Source of the DNA: Neoechinorhynchus agilis
Lineage: Eukaryota > Animalia > Acanthocephala
NCBI GenBank assembly: GCA_051530055.1
Contig: JBMGUZ010000069.1
Location: forward strand, 1-14,215
DNA length: 14,215 nucleotides
Reading direction: 5' to 3'
The notes under the pieces are model-generated. The model made no database searches and was not told the DNA's origin. It worked only from the letters and a program-made list of their open reading frames with translations. A program made the translations under genes and the position numbers. Of this stretch, positions 9,290 to 14,215 are shown piece by piece; position 1 is the first letter of the stretch, and every line of letters starts with the position of its first letter.

Positions 9290-9402
9290 TATTGTTAACC
9301 TCTTCATCCGGTAAATGATTTTTTATTAAAGAAGATGAACCTGGCGAGGTTCGAAACATCTATAACAAAAAAATCATTTACCGGGTGAAGAATTAAACAA
9401 TA
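9290..9402 (+). other. Long imperfect inverted repeat enclosing a degenerate hammerhead-like core
   Basis: Arms 9301-9328 and 9363-9391 pair with 2 differences and 1 indel, and pairing extends imperfectly to 9290/9402. The interior reads AAGAAGA-T-GAACCT(GGCG)AGGTTC-GAAA-CATC-TA. Confidence 0.75.
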
Positions 9403-9518
9403 GTTCCAATCATTGTCCCCCGTAGGCGCCTAGCAATTGTATTTTGGGAAGGGTGTTCAGAATACAGAGAAGGAATAGGAGGACCCATTTACCTTTGAGT
9501 CTTCACAAGCATTCAAGT

Positions 9519-9790
9519 TCATAATTGTTCAGAAAAAAGAAGAGCGTATCCATTAGGTTGGGAATATCCAGTCGCGGGAGGTTCGTTCGGGTGAGAATGT
9601 GTCCGTTCGTTTGAGAATATCCGGTTTGGTTGGAAGGTCTCCGTTCGGATGGGAATTGGTGTTTGTTGTCTGTAGGAGCGTTTGTAAGGTTGGTCTTTCC
9701 TCAGGTTCATTTTAAGTTATGATGTTCGAGAGAAGATTGAGCAGCATGGAAAAAGGAGCCGAGGCCGAGGGAGGATGAAACGAATTAGGA
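9519..9790 (-). pseudogene. Frameshifted Pro/Ser-rich coding relic with an internal duplicated peptide, unidentified
   Basis: Two units, SHPNGDLPT/TGYSQTNGH (9599-9654) and SHPNEPPATGYSQPNGY (9546-9596), differ largely at synonymous positions (TCC/TCT, CAT/CAC, ACC/ACT, TCT/TCC, AAC/AAT). Confidence 0.4.
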
Positions 9791-10499
9791 TTACGAGTGT
9801 TGTGCTCTTGTGGAAAGAGGGGCGATATGTGGAAGAAATTGTTGTTCAAAGGTTAATAATCGTTTTGATTTTTCAATGAAAATAGCGTCAAGGCATTCGA
9901 TGAGAGGGGGGAAAGTCAGCTGTGCAAATATTTTGTTAATCTTTTATGAAACATTTCAAGACGGCAAGTCACATTAATGCAAAGTATAAAATTTAAATTA
10001 ATTCTTAAACCAGACAAATCACCACGCAAACTAAAATAAATTTCCTTAGAAGTTTAAATCATTCGACGTCTTATTGCTACGAAGATTAGGCAAACCTAAA
10101 AACAGTCGCTTAAAACAGTTATCTTAATTATATTCACCAAAAACCTTTTCTTTAACTAAACAAGATTCGCAACATAAACCAAAATACTCAAAGTGTCAAT
10201 GTAGAATTTTGCACAGTATTATTGATGGATATCGATTTTTTTATTTGTTCCGCAACTTAATAAAACCGCGACCGTTTTCATAACTCAACAGCGATTGTTG
10301 CGTTTCCGGAAATCATCGAGACGCTACTAAATCATTTCCCTGTATTTCTTAATCATTCTGCCATTTGAAACTGAAATATTATTGTTCAACAACAAATAAT
10401 GCTCTTTTGATAATTATGGTTATTGATTTGGATGTTTTAAATAACCTTTCTTAGGGTGGTAAGAGAGAGGTAATTTAAAACACTCAAGGAACATCCCTA

Positions 10500-10687
10500 T
10501 CATAAAACTTTATTAACAAATGGTCGGAACGGCATCACGTTTGCAACAGGAACCACATCCCTTCTTGCCATTTCCTCTAGTTTCCTTGAAGCTCCTTAAC
10601 TTCTTTTTCCTGCTCCAGTTGTTTTAAAGTGAGCAGTTCAATAAACCTCTGCTGCGTAGTGAACAAATCCACTTTACCGCTGTCACT
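10500..10687 (-). pseudogene. Short coiled-coil-like coding relic with one frameshift, unidentified
   Basis: Reads SDSGKVDLFTTQQRFIELLTLKQLEQEKEVKELQG and, after a 1-nt shift at the A3 run (10581-10583), KLEEMARRDVVPVANVMPFRPFVNKVL*. Confidence 0.3.
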
Positions 10688-11658
10688 GCATTATCGATCA
10701 CCACAATCCCCACCTCAGAAAATTGCAATAATCAAGAATTATTGATTATAATAATTAGTCGTATCGTCTGCGTGTCTTTAAACACGATTTCGTGGTATTC
10801 CGTTAATCATTTTGTTTATCGGAAATGTAAATTCGTACTTTGATTCTTGTAAGAAAAGTTACAGTTTCGAGTTAACAACGTTTTGAGATAAAAGGACAGT
10901 CGACAAACTATCAGTGACTTAACATTTATTCTCTTTTATGCATTGAAATTTGAATTGTAGTCGAAAAAGGAAATTAAAATATGAGTTTACTGAATCATAG
11001 AAAATGATACGAGGCAATAATAAACGTGTGGTTTACGATTGCTTTCTAGAAATGCAAGAGCTTTGGAGGGTGTGTAAATTCCATCAATTGGTTCATCGGC
11101 GTTTATAAGATCTTTTGTTCGACTTGAACTTTTTCGGGTGGATATTTTTTATTTTATTGTAGACGTTGGAATTGCTTAATTTCTTTATGATGGCTTGCGA
11201 TTTATGAAACATTGAAGGAAACTAAATAAACAACTGCGACCGCATTATCTTCAATCGATGTCTAAGCAAATCAATCAATTAAGAGTGCTCTTGTATTTCA
11301 CTTTATTTTTTCAAAATACCGCGTTGAATACATCCAAAACGACAAATATGCAAAAACCCATTCTAGATATTTAAATAGGTAATCGGTTTTAATTGTGATA
11401 TTTTTATGAGCTTTATTTGCTAAGGAACTATAAAAAGAAAGCCAGAAATTATACAAGATTTGTTTCTGAGGGTGATTTTAATACCCTAATCGTTAGATCA
11501 AAAGTTTCAAGATGAGTTTTCGCGGAAATCTTAAGGCTCAAATTGTATTTTCAAAATCTTTCTATCAAAAAGTCGTGGTAAAAATGACAAAACATTGAAT
11601 GTAATTTTTAAATGCAATGATTTTAGCAACCCTAAACAGTTCAATCGTCCGACGTAGT

Positions 11659-11925
11659 TTAATGGTCATATTCGTTTGGCATCTCCACTTTTATGGTTGC
11701 ATTCTTAACCACTTCATCGCTTTCAAGATCAATAGGCCGTGTCATTTTCATGAGACCAACATGAGGAATGAGATGCCAATTGAAAGAAAGGTTAACTTCT
11801 GGATTTCCTTTCAATCCATGTCCTACATCATAAAAGAAGTACTTTTGAACTTCAGATTTTAAACCAATTGGCTCTGCATTTTCCTTAAGCATAATGCTAT
11901 CCCAAAGAAAAACTTCATTGATCGG
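11659..11925 (-). CDS. SPCS3: Signal peptidase complex subunit 3 (SPC22/23), exon 4 (last)
   Basis: PINEVFLWDSIMLKENAEPIGLKSEVQKYFFYDVGHGLKGNPEVNLSFNWHLIPHVGL...MPNEYDH* matches SPCS3 NQVVLWDKI...KYFFFDDGNGLKGN...LSWNVVPNAG. It follows the 47-nt intron GTAAGT...TTCAG (11926-11972). Confidence 0.95.
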   Translation of the reverse strand, partial: PINEVFLWDSIMLKENAEPIGLKSEVQKYFFYDVGHGLKGNPEVNLSFNWHLIPHVGLMKMTRPIDLESDEVVKNATIKVEMPNEYDH

Positions 11926-11972
11926 CTGAACGTGTAAATATGGAACAGAGTGCTTTTAGCGGAGATACTTAC

Positions 11973-12049
11973 ATTGTCGGATGTTTTGTAGGTAGCCATA
12001 ATCCAAAGGAACAATTGTTTAACGTTCCAATTGTATAGACCAGTCATAT
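11973..12049 (-). CDS. SPCS3: SPCS3 exon 3 (77 nt)
   Basis: MTGLYNWNVKQLFLWIMATYKTSDN contains the WNVKQLFL hallmark. It follows a 55-nt GT..AG intron (12050-12104). Confidence 0.95.
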
Positions 12050-12104
12050 CTTTTTATGAAAAAAAAGATTGAATACCTAGAAAACAATGAGCAAAAGAAC
12101 AGAC

Positions 12105-12174
12105 TTGCTTCAAGATTGAACACTATATCGGCCAAATCGCCTTCTGAAAAAGACGCATAATCTCGACTTCTGTG
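12105..12174 (-). CDS. SPCS3: SPCS3 exon 2 (70 nt as assembled, 1 nt short of frame)
   Basis: The 5' part reads HRSRDYAS in the exon 1 frame and the 3' part reads SEGDLADIVFNLEA in the exon 3 frame. One extra T in the T4 run (plus-strand AAAA, 12147-12150) joins them. Confidence 0.8.
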
Positions 12175-12231
12175 ACTAAAAATTCAGAGTTTTTGTAACA
12201 ACAACAAAAAATGTATTAAGTTACGGCTTAC

Positions 12232-12383
12232 AGTTTTACCCTTTCGGCAGCTATGCCTTCAATCCGAGCTTGGTCGCGGCCATTTTCGAGAGCCGTTGTC
12301 ACAAATATGGCAAATGCGAGAACTCCCATCACCGTAGTGGTGAATGATAGAATCGCGTTGACTCTATTAAGGACAGTGTTCAT
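12232..12383 (-). CDS. SPCS3: SPCS3 exon 1
   Basis: MNTVLNRVNAILSFTTTVMGVLAFAIFVTTAL... matches the SPCS3 N-terminal signal anchor (MNTVLSRANSLFAF...). It ends in phase 2 at CT|GTAAGC, followed by a 57-nt intron (12175-12231). Confidence 0.92.
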
Positions 12384-12671
12384 TCAAGTCTGAAAATAAG
12401 AATGGAACAAATCATTTTGTAACCATCTGTAACAATTCTAACATTTTCGTTAGAGTGAATAACCTAGAAAACTTCTCACGTATTGGTATAAAATTTATAA
12501 AGGCCTTTCAATAACGAGCCTCAAAGTATCTGAAGATTGCCTTTGGAAAATCAAAATGTTGTATCTAAAAAGCATTGATAAGACATTTTGTGCCTTATTT
12601 TGTAAATTTCCTTCTTAGTTGGTGGATTGTCGACTGATTTCTCAACAACATGTCGTCGTTTTAAATGTTAA

Positions 12672-12855
12672 TATTTAAGTGATTTCCGCGATTAAGAAAA
12701 AATGTATTTATTTTGGACCGATATTTCGGAGTTTTACTCCTTCTTCATGGTCAACCCTTAAAGATTGTGTGTTTTGTTAGACTGAAGGAGTAAAACTCCG
12801 AAATATCGGTCCAAAATAAATACATTTGTTCTTAATTGCGGAAATTGCTTAAATA
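12672..12855. mobile_element. MITE-like/fold-back element: 72-bp inverted arms around a 40-bp spacer
   Basis: 12672-12743 is the reverse complement of 12784-12855 with 4 mismatches, and the inner part (aaatgtatttattttggaccgatatttcggagttttactccttc) is perfect. Both ends are TA. The inverted repeat is certain; transposon origin is inferred. Confidence 0.7.
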
Positions 12856-13141
12856 ACAAAAATTGAAATTTCTTTTTAAATAGCTATGGATTGGGATATA
12901 TCGCCAGGAAGCCTCGACTCATCAGTCATTATAAATTAATCTGATCACATAGTCCATTAGGCTAATTTACAATGACTGATCCGTAAAATATTTTCTATCC
13001 TCTCTTTAGAGAAAACAATTTCCGCATTTGGTTTTGCTCCTATTTGTTCTCATAAACAAACTCCTAACAGCCAAGGATGATTCTCGGTGGATTCAGTTTA
13101 CATTTACAAGCTTATTCTTGAATACAAAAAGATCACAAAAG

Positions 13142-13580
13142 TTAGTCTTCATGGCTGAGTTCACCACCGCTGGAGAAACTACTGAGCCTTGCATCCGTAT
13201 AGTCGGACGTATGATGAATTCGTTTTCTTCGCTTAAGAATTCTTTTCTGGAGATTTACAACTGCTCTGCCTTTGTCACATTGGTTTCGCATCAATTGATA
13301 GCCTCGTGATCGTTTATTAACGACGACGGTGTTCACTTTGCTTGATTTGGACGAATCAATCGAGAGCAAGAAAGGAATTTTGAACGAATATCCAGAAATC
13401 ACCAAAATCATAAACATCAATGAAGCTAACGAAATAGTGATCGTAAGTGGTTGCATGAACAAAGGAACGTTTTGACAACTACCAGCAATGAGGTCCGCCA
13501 TTGCCTTTCCAAACAGATGAGCAGGCTCAATACAGAATTTTACGAGTGTAAACGACAAAGCTTGGGTTGGAGAGACTTCA
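13142..13580 (-). CDS. CLCC1: CLCC1/MCLC-family ER membrane protein, last exon
   Basis: EVSPTQALSFTLVKFCIEPAHLFGKAMADLIAGSCQNVPLFMQPLTITISLASLMFMIL aligns with recalled CLCC1 [48 protein letters not shown]. The frame is open to TAA at 13142-13144. Confidence 0.85.
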
Positions 13581-13625
13581 CTTATTGCTCGGAGATCTGT
13601 ACATTTAATCTAATAAGAACCCGAG

Positions 13626-14215
13626 CTTAACGGACTCACCAAAAGAGCTTCATGATACTTGAGACATTCATCATCAGCTCCTCCATAAAAGAAAATGTTT
13701 TTAAACGCCCGAGTAGCCATTTTCGTTATGCTCTTAGAGTCTCGGTCGCACTGGCTTCCAGGTTGAATTGAAGATTGTCCCAAAAGTTGGGCTCGATTCT
13801 TAGCCAAAGCTTTAAGGTAAAGGTTATACCAATTCCAAAATACACTAATAATGAACGTTGCAAGAAAAAGGCTTCTTGCTTGTCTTTGCAACGAAATTCG
13901 ATTGGTGGATAGCACGTAAGTAAATAAAACGGCTACAATGATGATCTGAATGGCCGTTAAAGTGTACGTTGGCATTGAAACGGTCCATGGAAATAACGAA
14001 GCTCGTTTGGGTTCGAAATGGCATTGCTTACAAAACGATTGATTTTTCACAATCAGATCTGGGTCGCCAAGAAGGAGTTTGAACTTATGAATCCGATCGA
14101 TCAGTGAGTCCTTCTGCCTTTCAGGTCGATGCTTAAAAGCGTCCACAGCCAAACGAAGTCGCTCTCGACTAAGAACGATGAATTCCTCCGATTTTGAGTG
14201 AGAGAATAATTGATC
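13626..14215 (-). CDS. CLCC1: CLCC1/MCLC-family ER membrane protein, upstream exon, open to the window edge (partial)
   Basis: IISVFWNWYNLYLKALAKNRAQL...QC...DDECLKYHEALLVSPL aligns with CLCC1 [21 protein letters not shown]...C...DDPCQKYYELLLVNPI. There is no stop from 14215 to 13626. The exon 3' boundary is inferred from homology. Confidence 0.85.

Noticed and set aside
9670-9790. Protein kinase subdomain XI (NEPEERPTLQTLL)
   Set aside because: An in-frame TAA precedes it and no upstream kinase motifs are recognisable.
11005-11375. Possible plus-strand decayed exons (VVYDCFLEMQELWRVCKFHQL...)
   Set aside because: Multiple stops, no recognisable homology, and not distinguishable from AT-rich background by eye.
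745-11661. Reassigned genetic code (TAA/TAG read as Gln) to explain scattered in-frame stops
   Set aside because: SPCS3 and CLCC1 both end at TAA, SPCS3 at the position expected from homology, and the relics also contain TGA stops and frameshifts.
3600-13309. Plus-strand ORFs 3600-4025, 6512-6757, 7128-7337, 7273-7524, 8574-8804, 8624-8890, 11617-11862 and 13028-13309 as genes
   Set aside because: They are antisense shadows of the minus-strand repeat ORF, retroelement frames, SPCS3 and CLCC1.
13581-13625. IRE1/XBP1-type unconventional intron in CLCC1
   Set aside because: Neither junction has the CNG|CNG loop consensus in its own stem-loop.

Overview
AT-rich eukaryotic (animal-type) genomic DNA with short GT-AG introns of 47-57 nt. 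The right end carries two conserved ER-membrane genes in tandem on the minus strand. One is a CLCC1/MCLC-family gene that runs off the right edge and is interrupted by a 45-nt segment with no GT donor at the homology-predicted junction. The other is a four-exon SPCS3 (signal peptidase subunit SPC22/23) gene with an apparent 1-nt deletion in exon 2. A 72-bp-arm inverted repeat (MITE-like) lies between them. The left ~11.5 kb is mostly a retroelement graveyard. It holds Penelope-like element (PLE) pieces: an RT fragment, an inverted RT-thumb fragment joined head-to-head to a GIY-YIG fragment, and an intact minimal hammerhead ribozyme followed by AATAAA. It also holds two 3' ends of one RTE-type family, a decayed RTE/RTEX-like RT, a CRE-like 3' end, and a second, degenerate hammerhead-like motif at the tip of a ~110-nt hairpin. 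Among these lies a 560-codon minus-strand frame broken by one TGA, encoding a putative membrane-anchored acidic protein with 42-aa repeats, plus decayed copies of the same repeat. All family assignments come from recalled motifs, not database searches. Several frameshifts fall in short homopolymers and may be assembly errors.
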